From Picochlorum sp. SENEW3 (Eukaryota), in NCBI GenBank assembly GCA_034226945.1, contig CP120458.1:496001-560000 (forward strand): a DNA stretch of 64,000 bases, given 5' to 3'. Each line of letters begins with the position of its first letter. The stretch's first letter is position 1. Shown in pieces: positions 34,444 through 46,200 of this stretch. The notes under the pieces are model-generated. The model was not told the origin of the DNA, ran no database searches, and was given only the letters and a program-made list of their open reading frames with translations. The position numbers were made by a program, and so were the translations under genes.

Positions 34444-35988
34444 TTACACACATGAAAATACTCGTAAATTGTGATCAGATGCTCCAACAAACAATTCCTT
34501 TGCATCTGACCCCCATGCCACCGAGTGCACTCCCTTTTTAGGAAAATCTGAAATCTGTTTTAAAACAGACCAAGCAGTCTTAACACCATACACAGAGACG
34601 CCTGCACCCCCAACTGCCAAGAATTGACCGCTGTAGTCAAACGAGACACATGTTGCACCCGTCCCCTTTGGCTCAAGCGACTGAATACTCTTGAGCTTAC
34701 GGAGATCCCATACTTTCACACCATCTTCAGCCGCAGATGCCATATAATATCCATTTTCTGAAAATGAAATAGACTTGATGGCACCGGAATGATCAACGAA
34801 GGATGCTACAGGCTTTTGATTCCGAGCTTCCCAGATTTTGATATCTGCCTGCTCCGAACCTGTGCAGTATATCAGTCCATCAGGGTGCAGCGCTGCGGCG
34901 GAATACACAGATGGTGGTTCTGCCTCCTCATCCCCTACGCGCACAAGTCGCTCTTGCCTCTCCAAATCAAACATACACCAGGATCCATCCCCGGCAGCCG
35001 AAAAAAAGTAGTCACCTGTTGGGTGCACTTGGACGGAAACCACCTCTGCAGATTTTGCCTTTTTCGAGGACTTTGACTGTACCACATCTCCATGTTCAAT
35101 AACTGCTTGACAGTTGTATGATGACTGTGTGTCATCCTCAGCTTGCCACAACCGCACTGTCCCGTCACCTGAGCAGGATAGCCATTTCCCAGATTTTGTC
35201 ACATACTGCACATCAGTGACCCTTTTATCATGACCTTTGAGGACAATCCCTGCAGAAATATTGGTTGTATCTACTATATGCACCGTCGAATCTGCACCTG
35301 CTGTTGCCATAAGAGATCTGTCAGGGCACATGGCAATAGACAAGATGCCTCCCTTCCTGGTTGCATGCACAGGAAAAGCACCCTGCGATTCGAGTTTCTC
35401 AATATCTTCCATAGAAGCCACAGTATCTGAAATCTTCCTATCCTTTCGCTTCACGCTCAATGCTTTGCTGGTCTTGGTCATGGCATCAATCACAGATGCA
35501 TCCAATGCCATCCTGGCCTTCTTCTGAGGATGTTCCCCAGCGCCTTCGTCGTCACGAGGTCCTTTGATATGCTTCTCTGGACTCTTCTTCTCACTACTTT
35601 CCAACCGCTTTCTAAACTCTTCTCTCTCCCGTATCAACCGCGCAATGACCCTGGTTGCAGCATCCTGTTGGTACAAGGCATGGCTGAGCTCTTGCCTCGT
35701 CTCTTGTAAGCTCTTCCTCGTCTGATACAACTCCAATGCTACTGAATCCCATTCATTTTGCAGCAATGTCAGCAGACCAGGCACTGAGCATGCACTCTCT
35801 GGCCTGGATACCTGTGTATTCCCTCCCTGGACTTCCACCAAGTCGTCAACATCAAGAATCTCGTTCGTCACTGGGCACAAACCCGTATCCTTGATCACCT
35901 TTTCTATCAATTTTCTCTCAAAGATATGCCCTGTCTTTTTAGATACCACCGGCTCTTTCGCCACGGTCCCTGAGATGGAGCACAGCAT
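34444..35988 (-). CDS. PRP19: Pre-mRNA processing factor 19 (U-box, coiled coil, WD40)
   Basis: M.CSISG....PVVS..G.IFE.KLI, S.PGLL..LQNEWD, RQELSHALYQ.DAA.RVIARL, HPDGLI, FSENGYY. Confidence 0.96.
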   Translation of the reverse strand: MLCSISGTVAKEPVVSKKTGHIFERKLIEKVIKDTGLCPVTNEILDVDDLVEVQGGNTQVSRPESACSVPGLLTLLQNEWDSVALELYQTRKSLQETRQELSHALYQQDAATRVIARLIREREEFRKRLESSEKKSPEKHIKGPRDDEGAGEHPQKKARMALDASVIDAMTKTSKALSVKRKDRKISDTVASMEDIEKLESQGAFPVHATRKGGILSIAMCPDRSLMATAGADSTVHIVDTTNISAGIVLKGHDKRVTDVQYVTKSGKWLSCSGDGTVRLWQAEDDTQSSYNCQAVIEHGDVVQSKSSKKAKSAEVVSVQVHPTGDYFFSAAGDGSWCMFDLERQERLVRVGDEEAEPPSVYSAAALHPDGLIYCTGSEQADIKIWEARNQKPVASFVDHSGAIKSISFSENGYYMASAAEDGVKVWDLRKLKSIQSLEPKGTGATCVSFDYSGQFLAVGGAGVSVYGVKTAWSVLKQISDFPKKGVHSVAWGSDAKELFVGASDHNLRVFSCV

Positions 35989-36299
35989 CCTGGATGCCTC
36001 TGTTGACTCTACAGCGCACAGAGACTCGATATATATATCAGATGAAATGATATTTTAATAAAAATTATAGATATGGAGATTTCCTTAAGAATAAATACGT
36101 AGGGATCCTGCTTTATTGGCATGGGGAACGTGGATGTTCGATCAATATTGTCAAGACGGTCAAAGGCAGGATATGAGCGGATCACATTGCCTATCACAGA
36201 ATGAGACTTCATTCTCCAAATGTCACCAGGTCCCTCGGTCAAGACGGGGCATAAAAAATCATCTTATATCATTAAGTGACAATATAATAGACTAATAAG

Positions 36300-37328
36300 A
36301 TGGCTCCTGCCGTTCCAGAGACCGTTTTGCGTAAGCGAAAGAGAAATGAGCAATGGGCCGCTGCAAAGGCCGCAGCCGCTGCCGAGGTATGTATATCGAC
36401 TGCAACGCTTTTCATCTGCACATGTCACTCTGGAAGCATTTGAATATTGATGATATATGTGGATGGTGATAAATACTGTGCCGTTCTCATAAGAAGCTGG
36501 AACACAGACGGGGCTCGACGGCGCATATCTGCCAAGTTGGAGTGCTTCCGGTCCGAGGCTGGGTGGGATGGGCCTGACACGAGCAGTGTGCCGTTTCGGC
36601 GGCGAAGGCCGTGTTTTTATTTCCCTTTCTCTCATGGCAAATTGAATCATGATGATGTTTTGTTATTGCTTACACATTTGTTTTCTGTCATGTAGGCTTC
36701 TGCAAAGTCCAAATCTCAGAGGAAGGAAATCTTCAAGAGAGCAGAGCAGTATGTGCAAGAGTACAGGAAGCAGGAGGCAGACCTTGTGAGACTTCGTCGC
36801 GCTGGAAAGGCAAGCGGAGGTTTCTATGTTGAGCCTGAGGCCAAGCTTTTATTTGTTGTTCGTATTAGAGGAATGAACGACGTTGCTCCAAAGACAAAGA
36901 AGATTCTGCAGTTGCTTCGTCTCAGACGCATCAACTCTGGTGTCTTCCTCAGGGTGAACAAGGCAACTTTGAATATGCTGCAAAAGGTCGAGCCATATGT
37001 TGCATATGGATATCCAAATTTGAAGACAGTGAAAGAGCTGGTGTACAAGAGAGGATTTGGAAAGGTTGGAAAGGATCGCATTGCCTTGACAGATAACAGC
37101 ATTGTGGAAAAGGCTCTGGGAGAAAGTGGCATCATCTGCGTGGAGGATTTGATTCACGAGATTTACACTGTAGGACCAAACTTCAAGCAGGCGAACAACT
37201 TTTTATGGCCGTTTAGACTGTCCTCACCAAAGGGTGGTATTGATAAGAAGAGACTGCACTTTATTGAGGGAGGACAGGCTGGAAACCGCGAGCACTTGAT
37301 CAATAACTTGGTTCGCAACATGAATTAG
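36300..37328 (+). CDS. RPL7: 60S ribosomal protein L7 (uL30); intron 36387-36695
   Basis: [71 protein letters not shown]. Confidence 0.97.
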
Positions 37329-37486
37329 GGGTTTCATCATCATCATTATCAATATAGTATTAGTATGCTATGTAATCGTTATTATTACATGATTCAAGTC
37401 TATTCTACACGACTATAGCATGGCAGACCACGAGCCTTGCGAGAATGCATAATGAAACCTCGCCAAGCCGCTCCTGTGTATACATC

Positions 37487-38421
37487 TTAGTTCTTGTACC
37501 CTCTGGAACTACGTCTACCACGAGCACGCTCGAATTTACGCCCCTTACTGCGCACATATGGCTTGGCCTTGGATCCAGGCACACCAGCAGCTCCAAAGTG
37601 CTTGACTGCCTCGCGGCTGTTCTTTGGTCCACGAAGAAGGACAGTGTTGGATCCTGTTGGTGCAATAAGTGCCAACTGATCGAATGTGATGATCTCTCCT
37701 CCGGCCTTGAGGATTCTTGCGCGGGCAGTCTCAGTCACACGAAGGGCGCAAATCCTAAGCTTGGGCACCTCATCCATAAAACGAACATCGTCTGTGACAG
37801 TTCCTACGAGTACTCCAATTTTATCTTCCTTACCAGACATGAACTGAACAAGCTTTGAGAGAGACAATGGTGGCTGATTGATCTTGGACATGAACAGGCG
37901 CTTCAGAATAACTTTGTTGAACTTGCACTCGGTACGGCGGTCCAGGAATCGGTACAGCTGCATAGCAACACAATAATGAAGCATTAGTATTCCTATATTA
38001 AATCGGACATACATCCATTGCATCTCTCCAAGCGCCCACACATAGAGTCAGAGTAAATCACCAAGCCACAAACGCACCTTGACCAAGAGCTTCAAGTAGG
38101 GGTTGTCGCTCTTTGGAGCAACCCTCTTGGTCTTTTTATTGCGACCTCCAGCGATAAGATCTACTCCCTACACATGGTATAGAAACAGCAGTGAGTACTC
38201 TGGTGAACTCTCTCGCACTCTGTTGAGTGGATTCAGGCTCTCTATCTCTTCAAATACATTCATCATTTTCATGCATATGCAGTATCATAGTTGGCAGCAT
38301 AGTCGCAAAGCAACTCATGAGAGGCGTGGGAATCGCCGACGCCGTCACGGCAGCCGTGCGACATTTCCTGAATATTCCCATCTCCGTTGGGTATTGACGG
38401 ATTCTCTGATATACGTACCAT
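37487..38421 (-). CDS. RPL18: 60S ribosomal protein L18 (eL18); ATG-only first coding exon, introns 38168-38418 and 37958-38077
   Basis: [72 protein letters not shown]. Confidence 0.96.
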
Positions 38422-39257
38422 ATTAACTACTATAGATGATTTTTTACTGATTTCGTAGGAGCAAAATGCGATATTTAGATGCCATTCTCTCCCAGGAAGA
38501 CCTACATTCTTGAAATGGGTGATCGTCACCGTCAGAGTGCACCTCTGATGGGGGACTACGGAGACTCTATTTTCCCGGTCAGGAAGGCCTGTCACGCATA
38601 CTCCCTGATGGTATAGCAAGGCATTGCTCATGGCAGATCTTCTGAATCCAAGAATTGTATCATACATATCACGTATTGAAAATACCATTTCTGAAACGCA
38701 ATGCAGACAGTAATTGCACTCAAGGTCCACATGATTGGATGAATAGCGTCGCGATCAGTTGCATATCTGAAGCGTTGCAGGGCTCTCCTCTGCAACCACC
38801 CTACCAAAGCAATCATCCTCATTTGCAATAGAACAGGAGATACCATTGACTTTAAATCAAACCCATTCGACGACTCCTCATCGTTTAGCAATTAGCACTG
38901 TCAAGAGACATTATCTACTCCAACATAGATGCTCTCTGTGCATCTGGCCACCATGGGCCATGGCCCAGGTGCAGGGCCATCACCAGCTGGTGGGTGCCCA
39001 CAATGCATTGGAGTCCCAAGAACGCGTTTTCAATGAATTCAAAGATCCCCAGCCCTCGAGTGACGATCATGCACAATTCAATTTTAAAAAGATTCATCTT
39101 TAGCATATTCTGATTCTATCAAACACATCCGTGGGTATCGGACTGGTCCAGGATCTGTGTGAATCTTTCGGCTCAAACGTCCTCGCTGTCTAGAGCATAG
39201 ATCAGAGGGTGGCGTGACGCATTGGTATCAATTGAGATCGTTTGAACCATTATCAGC

Positions 39258-40187
39258 ATGAATAGAAGCACTACGCTCGCATTATTGCTCCTCGTCGGGG
39301 TGAGTGCCGTGTGCTCACAAGAGTTGCCAACAGAGAGGCCAAAAGACTGTGACGGCTCCACATGTAAAGGCTGCACGCCATTTGTTCCCAAGCCTGGAAA
39401 AGCTATCGATAACTTGTGCGGCATCGTTGATGTGTACTTCCCCGTTCCAATTTACGTGGTAAGGAATGATACCTCCCCAGGTCAAGAGCTCATCAGTCAG
39501 CAATGGGCCTGCTTTGCCTGCTGCACCTTGGGATGCGGATTTGACGAGCCACAAAATACGTGTGCATATGATAACTATAATTGGGAGGAAGGACAGACCT
39601 ATGGATGCACCAAGTGCAGAGGAGGGGATGTTCTCGTGCCCAACGGTGGCAACGTCAAGACAAGTTTTGCTGACTTGTCTACATCATCAGTCTATAGCGT
39701 CATTAATCAGCCATACGGTGGTACGTCTACATGTCCTTTACATTGACTCGCCATGACATGTTATTATGAATCAGTATTAAGTATATAAATCATATTTGAT
39801 ATTGCAGCATGTGCTCCTGCCGGAACAGCAACCCCATCACCACCACCCAGTGTCCCAGTTGAGCCATCTCCAGTGGCATCTCCTTCGCCTTCTCCTGTAC
39901 CATCGCCCTCCCCCCAAACGCCTCCGCCGGCACCAGTAGAACAATCTCCGGAACCAAATGCAATTCCACCGACTACAGAAGAACCTGAAAGCTCTCCGGA
40001 ACCAATCACAAACTCACCTGCACCAGCACCAGCAGATGCCCAGCCTGAACCATCTCCTGAACCATTCGTTCCTATTTCAATAGACTCATCATCTCCACCG
40101 ACACCATCTTCCTCAGGGATGAGAAAGACCATAGCATCTGCGACTCTTGCCGTTGCACCAGTGATGATGCAATTCATCTTCTTCTAG
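39258..40187 (+). CDS. Secreted Cys-rich protein with Ser-Pro/Ala-Pro stalk and GPI-anchor-like C-terminus; intron 39721-39807
   Basis: Signal peptide, Cys-rich domain, in-frame splice to SPSPSP/APAPA repeats, terminal SSSG..hydrophobic tail. Confidence 0.8.
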
Positions 40188-40295
40188 ATTAGAAGTCTGC
40201 AGTGTAAATGAAAAGCCGAAATGTGAAGAGGAGTCATTTGAACCCACATATGGCAATGTAATAACACATTTATATTATTTCTGCATCTAATAGAC

Positions 40296-41853
40296 ATGGT
40301 TATCATTGGAACTGGGAGTTTGCGAACCTGTGGTGCCTTTTCAGCCCAACAAAGGCAACCATTAATCAAACAAAAGAGCCGCTTGGTTCGAGCACGTACG
40401 TTTAAATGATGTATATTAATAATTTATTACATCAGAAGACTCCCCAATGCAGTTTAATGTTTGTTTCCGAGCAAATGGGACTACGGCGGTAAAGAGCAGC
40501 CTCCACTCGACTTTCAGATGATGGCAGTATGGTGTTTGGAGCATTTTTGATGTGTTCTCGGTTATACATTGCAGGTAATGGTGCCAAGAATGCTTCTACA
40601 GAGTCAACAGAGACGGTAGAAGAGATTCCAACATATTTTCAACCAGTCCAAGAAGTACAGGTAGGTTGTTTGATTTTTTTTGGCTCGACTGTATTGCTGT
40701 ATAAACAAGTCTTTCTCTCTCTATGCATATATAGGAAACTGGGTATCAGGCAGCGGTTGCACCATCATCATCACAGGTGCAGCAGGCACCACAAGAGACC
40801 TCTTTCTGGGCAAGTGTCCCACCCCTGGTCTGGATTGGTGTTGGTGTTCTTCTGGCGAACGTTTTGTCTACAGTATTGAATTTCGTGAAAGGAGGACCTC
40901 AAAAGATGCAGGAGATGGCGATGCAACAGATGATGAAGCAAATGATGAAGCAAGCAGGGGCACCAGGTGCTAATCCTTTTGGAGGAGCGAATCCCTTTGG
41001 TGGGGCTTCTGGAGCAAATCCTTTCGCGACGCCAATGGGGACGGGTACAAGTCCTTTTGGTACAGGATTTCCATCTCCGAATATGACGGCAGAGGCAGCT
41101 GGTAGCACGATCGATACAACTGCATCGCCTTCCTCAATGCCGTCTCAAGAGCAAAAGCAAGAGCCAGCAGCCAGAGATACAGTCACAGCAGAGGTGAAAA
41201 CCGAGCGTCCCTCATCCAGCCCAAGTGGAACATCTAGAACAAAGAAATCGAATGCATTCGTGGACGTGGATGTGGACGTGGAGGAGAGTTCGCAGAGCTC
41301 AACAACAGAGTCAAAGCCACCTCCATTCACACCACCGCCACCTTCGACAGCGGATGCCACAGCAGATTCATCTGCAGGGAGCATGCTGGACATGTTGAAG
41401 AATCCAGAAATGCAAAAGATGCTGTACCCATACCTTCCTGAGCCAATGAGAAATCCAGAAACCTTTGAATGGATGCTCAACTCTCCAGAATACAGGGCAC
41501 AATTGGAGGGAATGCTGTCCCAGCAAATGGGTGCCGCAGCTCCCCAAGCCGTCCAGGATTTGATGCAAGATGCTGATATGAGTCCTGAGAAGATGAAGGA
41601 GCAGTTTGACGCCCTTGGCATGACCCCAGAGGATTTTGTTCAAAAGGTCATGTCCGACCCTGATCTAGCCACATCCATGACAAAGCCAAATGTCATGGCA
41701 GCAATAGCAGAGTGCACAAAGAATCCCATGGCTATTTTCCAATATCAAAATGACGAGGAGGTTATGCGAGTCTTTGAAAAGATGAGTGGATTGTTCCCAC
41801 AAGCAGCTGGTATGGGGATGCCTGGCATGCCCCCAACCCAATCAAATCAATAA
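40296..41853 (+). CDS. TIC40: Chloroplast inner-envelope translocon subunit Tic40; introns ~40396-40574 and 40661-40734
   Basis: Transit peptide, PPLVWIGVGV, MQQMMKQMM, MQKMLYPYLPEPMRNPETF.WML and a C-terminal STI1 domain (NPMAIFQYQND.EVM.VF.KMS.LFP). Confidence 0.93.
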
Positions 41854-42091
41854 TAATGAGCAGTTTTGTTGTTGTAAAACATGCACATGATCTACAAAGA
41901 TGATTTATCACTCCTGTTCCTATCAATAAAACATGTTCATGACCAACGACAGTAGAAGTGCAATGCCCAGCCCACTAGTGGAGTACTCCAAAGGGTTAAT
42001 CCTGTCCCCAGCACATGGGTCCAGCAACAATACCACTCTGGCAACGGATGGCGAATTCATAGAAATATTGGTATATAAACATGCATAATAG

Positions 42092-42858
42092 ATTTCTGGA
42101 AGGGTTTTTGAAATCATGGGGCGTCATTATCGCCTCAGAGATTGGCGATAAGACATTTTTCATCGCTGCTGTCATGGCGATGAAGAATTCCCGACGAGAG
42201 GTGCGTTGGTTTGGATCCATTTGGTATAAGACAGTATTTAATTAACATTTATTAACTTAATATCGCTACATAGGTCTTTGTTGGGGCGATGCTGGCTCTG
42301 GCAGCCATGACTGTGTTGTCTTCTTTGCTTGGTTGGGCTGCTCCAAACCTGATATCGAAAACATACACTCATTACGCTGCCACAATACTGTTCTTTGTGT
42401 TTGGATTCAGAATTTTATATGACGCGTATGCGGCGAATGGGGATGGAGAGTCAGAGTTGGTGGAAGTGGAGAGGGAGTTGGGACAGCACAGCAGTAAAAC
42501 AAGCTCTGGGAATACGGTTGAGATGGGAAAGGGGAAGAGTCCTGGTGGTGCACAGTCATCTCTGATGAATATGATCAAAGGTATTGTATCACCCATCTTA
42601 TTGGAGGCATTTACGTTGACCTTCTTGGCAGAGTGGGGTGATAGAAGCCAGATTGCGACAATTGGACTGGCAGCAGCATCAGATGTGCTTGGGGTGACTG
42701 TTGGGGGAATACTTGGTCACGGTCTGTGTACAGGTGCAGCTGTTTTGGGAGGAAAGCACCTGGCATCTCATATCGACGAACGCATGGTGGGCTTGTTTGG
42801 AGGAGTGTTGTTCCTCTTGTTTGGGGCTCATTCCCTGTGGAGCGGGGTTCCAGAATGA
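42092..42858 (+). CDS. GDT1/UPF0016 (TMEM165) Ca/Mn transporter; start codon not resolved
   Basis: Both family motifs present (SEIGDKTFFIAA and FLAEWGDRSQIATI), separated by an intron at ~42202-42273. Confidence 0.92.
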
Positions 42859-42933
42859 GACTGGTTTTGTTTTTCTCTTGAATTGTATCGGATCATCTTA
42901 TATTCATTAATATAGTACAAGGATAATGTACGT

Positions 42934-45900
42934 TTACAGCAAATCATCGTCTGCTTCCCCACCAAATCCAACTTCGAGTTCTACAGATGCCAACTCTGCA
43001 TCAATTTCACCATCTGTGAGTCCAGCCATTCTCAGCAGTTCCACAAGCCTTGATACTTTAGCTTCCTCTTGTCCAAGGGCAACGAGAGCTTCGTCTAGGC
43101 TATCATCATCTGCGATCTGAAGCCTGCCTGCCGATTCCTGTAGTTTTGCCTCATACTCGCGATTCATCTCTTCCAGCTCATCAATTCTTTCTTGGTCGGA
43201 TGCGCGAAGTTTTTTAGCCTTGACTAGTTGCAGTTTATACTTTCTTACTTCTTCATCCTTTTGCGATACTCCTCCGGACAAGGACGCCAGCTGGTGGCGC
43301 AGTGATGCCATCTCAGTTTCAAGATCTTCAGTGGAAGATCCCTGTGTTTCATACTTGTGTAGGAGGGCAGTCAGGTCTTCTATTTCCTGTTGCGACTTTT
43401 CTATGGTCGCATTTGCGACACGTAATCTAGTAGAATAATCGTCGCATTGAGACTGAAGCGTATGCTGCATACCTTCAAACTGCTCTGCCAAGTTGTGTTT
43501 CAGCTGTTCAACATCTTCAATCCTAGATGTTGCCTCAATCAATTCTTGGGATACCTTTGCAAGCTGCTGTTCCAATTCAGCAACTTGTGCTTGCGCGAAG
43601 TCTCTGTCCGCCTTTTCTTCCAAGAGAGCATCCTGAGCAGCAGATGCTGCATGCTCCCAGTGTGTGAGTTGATCCTCCACAAATCTCAGGCGAGAGAGTT
43701 CTTCAGCCATCTCTTCCAGGTCGGATTCTTTATGACAAAGCTTATCTGTCATGATTTGCCTTTCTCTGCGCAAATCTTCAATCTCTTGGATATAAGACTG
43801 TTCTGAGTTTTTCAAATCCTGCTCAAGTAGACGTATTTGCTGCTCCATGGCGCTCTTTTCCATCATAAGAGTTTCTCTCTCGTGTTTGCCATCATCCAAT
43901 TGTTGCTCTAAGGACTTGCAGTCAGCGGTCAATTCATCAATCTGGGTATTCTGAGCCTGTATTTTCTTCTTTGCTTTCAATAATTTTCTTTCCTGCTCGG
44001 AGACCTTCTCATCAAGCTCCTTTAACTTTGCTTCTTTATCCTCTACCAGCTCCTCAAGGTCAGACATCTCACTTCTCAGTTCATCTTTTGCCTTCTCGTA
44101 TGCTCCTTGGGCAGCCTTCTCAGATAGAGTCACGCGTGCCTCCAGTTGCATAATTTCGGCATCCCGCTCGTCTAAAGTTGCTTGGAATTCGTCTTCTACC
44201 TTCTTTTGGGCTGCTACTGCTTCCAGCCTCTTGCTTTCAACAACATCCCGCTCCTCTTGTAGCTGCTCAATTTGTTCCAAAAGCTCGGTAACCTGAGCCG
44301 TCAGAGTTGCATTTTTTCCCGAAAGAGATTCTGCATTCTGTTTCAACGCAGTAATGTCTTGTTCGGACTCCCTCAGCAGACGTGCAGAATCAGCCAGGTC
44401 CTCGCATTGCCCTTCGAGATCTTGCACCTGAGATTTCAAGTCCTGAGCCTCCATCTCAAGTAAGGTTATTCTCTCATTGGAATGAGCCAAAGCATCTTCT
44501 GTCTCGTTGGACGCAGCAATCTGTCCTCGGAGTTCAGCCTGCAGAGTATCAATCTCTGTATGGGCATTCTCCAAGTCTTGCTCTAACTGGGCTTTTTCAG
44601 TTGTCTTCTCCTCCATCATTGAATCCAACAAGTTCTGGAGTTCATTGATTCTGTTTTCTTTGTCCTCGATGGTGCTTCTTGCTTGTTCCAGCTTCTTATT
44701 CAAGGTTTCAAAAATTTCTGTCGTGTCTGCTTCTACTTTTTCTGCGCCAGCCATGGCAGTGGGCATTGGTAGGGCAACAGGATCACTCTCCCCTACATCG
44801 AGTCGACCACCAATCTCGGCATTATCCATGGCTGCACTGGGAATGTGTTTCATTCGAGAATTCTCGTACGCTTCTTCAAACCTATCGATTTCTTTTGAAT
44901 CGAGATGATCATGTTCTTCTTGTTCACGGAACTCGTTGAGTTTATCAAAACTGTCCACCATTGCCTGAGATTCTTCTTGCATGACATCATTATCGTAGCA
45001 TTGTCCTGGGATATTCATATCTTCTTCAATGTCAACAGGAGGCTCTTCTTCTGTTTGCTCTACATTGTTATAGCGAGTAACGCTGTACGTTTCATATGCA
45101 TGCTGCACTGCTTCTGATTGTTGATGGCAGTATGGATCCGCTGCCTCATCCTGCCACTCTGGCTGGAGAAGAGCAGTAGCATCCTCATCATGACGAGATT
45201 CCTCACTGTCATCAAGCATAACACGTGCCACGACAGACTCCTTTGCCACAATGTCTTTAGTGGTAGTAGTAGGTTGAGAATCTCCTGCCAAGTCTGACCC
45301 TGGCAGATGAGGCTTCCACGTGTTCTCAATTTTTGCGTCATTGTACTCAATGGTCACAGCATTTTCTTTACTATTATCATCTTGTCTATGGCTTTCTATA
45401 TACTCATCCACAGCTCGAGATATCCTCTCCTCCGCCAGCATCTGTTCAAAATCCAACTGGAGACAAAAGTCCTCATCATAATTCTCAGAGACCCACTCCT
45501 TCATCACATCTATCCCATACCCAGACGATCTATAATAGGACCAAAAGCTTAATATCTCCAATACAATTGGATCAATAGATTTTGTATCCTGCTGCATCCT
45601 GCTGCTGTCTTCTTCTTCTGTATCTTTTCTTCCCATCATCAGATCATTATCTGCTACTGGTTCCTCGACGGATTCTTCTGAATTCCCATTCATAGCAGTA
45701 GGCTTAAAGACAGACATTGGACGAAATGCCTGTACATTTCCTCCAGTCCCAGACAGTGGAGGAGGCTTGAGTCCAGCCATAATACCACTAGAGCCTTCTG
45801 ACGAGCCATCAGCATTCCCTGGTTGCCCAATCCGAAGCGTTGGCATCACTGCATATCTCGATGTCGACCGTGTCATTCGCTGCCTTGTAACCATATCATG

Positions 45901-46200
45901 TCCCTTCATGGCATCTTCAGATGCAGAAATTATACCTTGTGGTTGTTGTTGCAAGCTTGAGATCATTGGTGGTGGACCATTGCCTCCACCCATCATCTGC
46001 TGCCGCTTCTCCTCCTCCTCCCCAGGCATCACCCAGCACTTGAGCTCTTCATTATAATACATTTCCATATCAAGCCCCATCTTGGCCTTGGTCACCTTCT
46101 TCTTCGCACCACCAAATATCTTTCCCAAGAGACTTGCTTGCTGCTCCTCCTGACCTCCAGCACTCCCAGCTCCTTGTTGTTGTGGTTCGTCACCGGTCAT
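42934..46200 (-). CDS. Long coiled-coil protein, probable ER-Golgi tether (Sec16-C-like N-terminal motif, p115/Uso1-like C-terminus)
   Basis: 1088-aa ORF with ~550 aa of heptad-rich sequence. N-terminal KAKMG..MYYNEELKCWV; C-terminal LDEALVALGQEEAKVSRL. Confidence 0.75.
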   Translation of the reverse strand: MTGDEPQQQGAGSAGGQEEQQASLLGKIFGGAKKKVTKAKMGLDMEMYYNEELKCWVMPGEEEEKRQQMMGGGNGPPPMISSLQQQPQGIISASEDAMKGHDMVTRQRMTRSTSRYAVMPTLRIGQPGNADGSSEGSSGIMAGLKPPPLSGTGGNVQAFRPMSVFKPTAMNGNSEESVEEPVADNDLMMGRKDTEEEDSSRMQQDTKSIDPIVLEILSFWSYYRSSGYGIDVMKEWVSENYDEDFCLQLDFEQMLAEERISRAVDEYIESHRQDDNSKENAVTIEYNDAKIENTWKPHLPGSDLAGDSQPTTTTKDIVAKESVVARVMLDDSEESRHDEDATALLQPEWQDEAADPYCHQQSEAVQHAYETYSVTRYNNVEQTEEEPPVDIEEDMNIPGQCYDNDVMQEESQAMVDSFDKLNEFREQEEHDHLDSKEIDRFEEAYENSRMKHIPSAAMDNAEIGGRLDVGESDPVALPMPTAMAGAEKVEADTTEIFETLNKKLEQARSTIEDKENRINELQNLLDSMMEEKTTEKAQLEQDLENAHTEIDTLQAELRGQIAASNETEDALAHSNERITLLEMEAQDLKSQVQDLEGQCEDLADSARLLRESEQDITALKQNAESLSGKNATLTAQVTELLEQIEQLQEERDVVESKRLEAVAAQKKVEDEFQATLDERDAEIMQLEARVTLSEKAAQGAYEKAKDELRSEMSDLEELVEDKEAKLKELDEKVSEQERKLLKAKKKIQAQNTQIDELTADCKSLEQQLDDGKHERETLMMEKSAMEQQIRLLEQDLKNSEQSYIQEIEDLRRERQIMTDKLCHKESDLEEMAEELSRLRFVEDQLTHWEHAASAAQDALLEEKADRDFAQAQVAELEQQLAKVSQELIEATSRIEDVEQLKHNLAEQFEGMQHTLQSQCDDYSTRLRVANATIEKSQQEIEDLTALLHKYETQGSSTEDLETEMASLRHQLASLSGGVSQKDEEVRKYKLQLVKAKKLRASDQERIDELEEMNREYEAKLQESAGRLQIADDDSLDEALVALGQEEAKVSRLVELLRMAGLTDGEIDAELASVELEVGFGGEADDDLL

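Noticed and set aside
38480..38620. Hairpins and an 11-nt imperfect direct repeat (CAGGAAGRCCT) upstream of RPL18, a possible ncRNA
   Set aside because: No match to snRNA, SRP, MRP or tRNA motifs, and the box elements are not convincingly placed.
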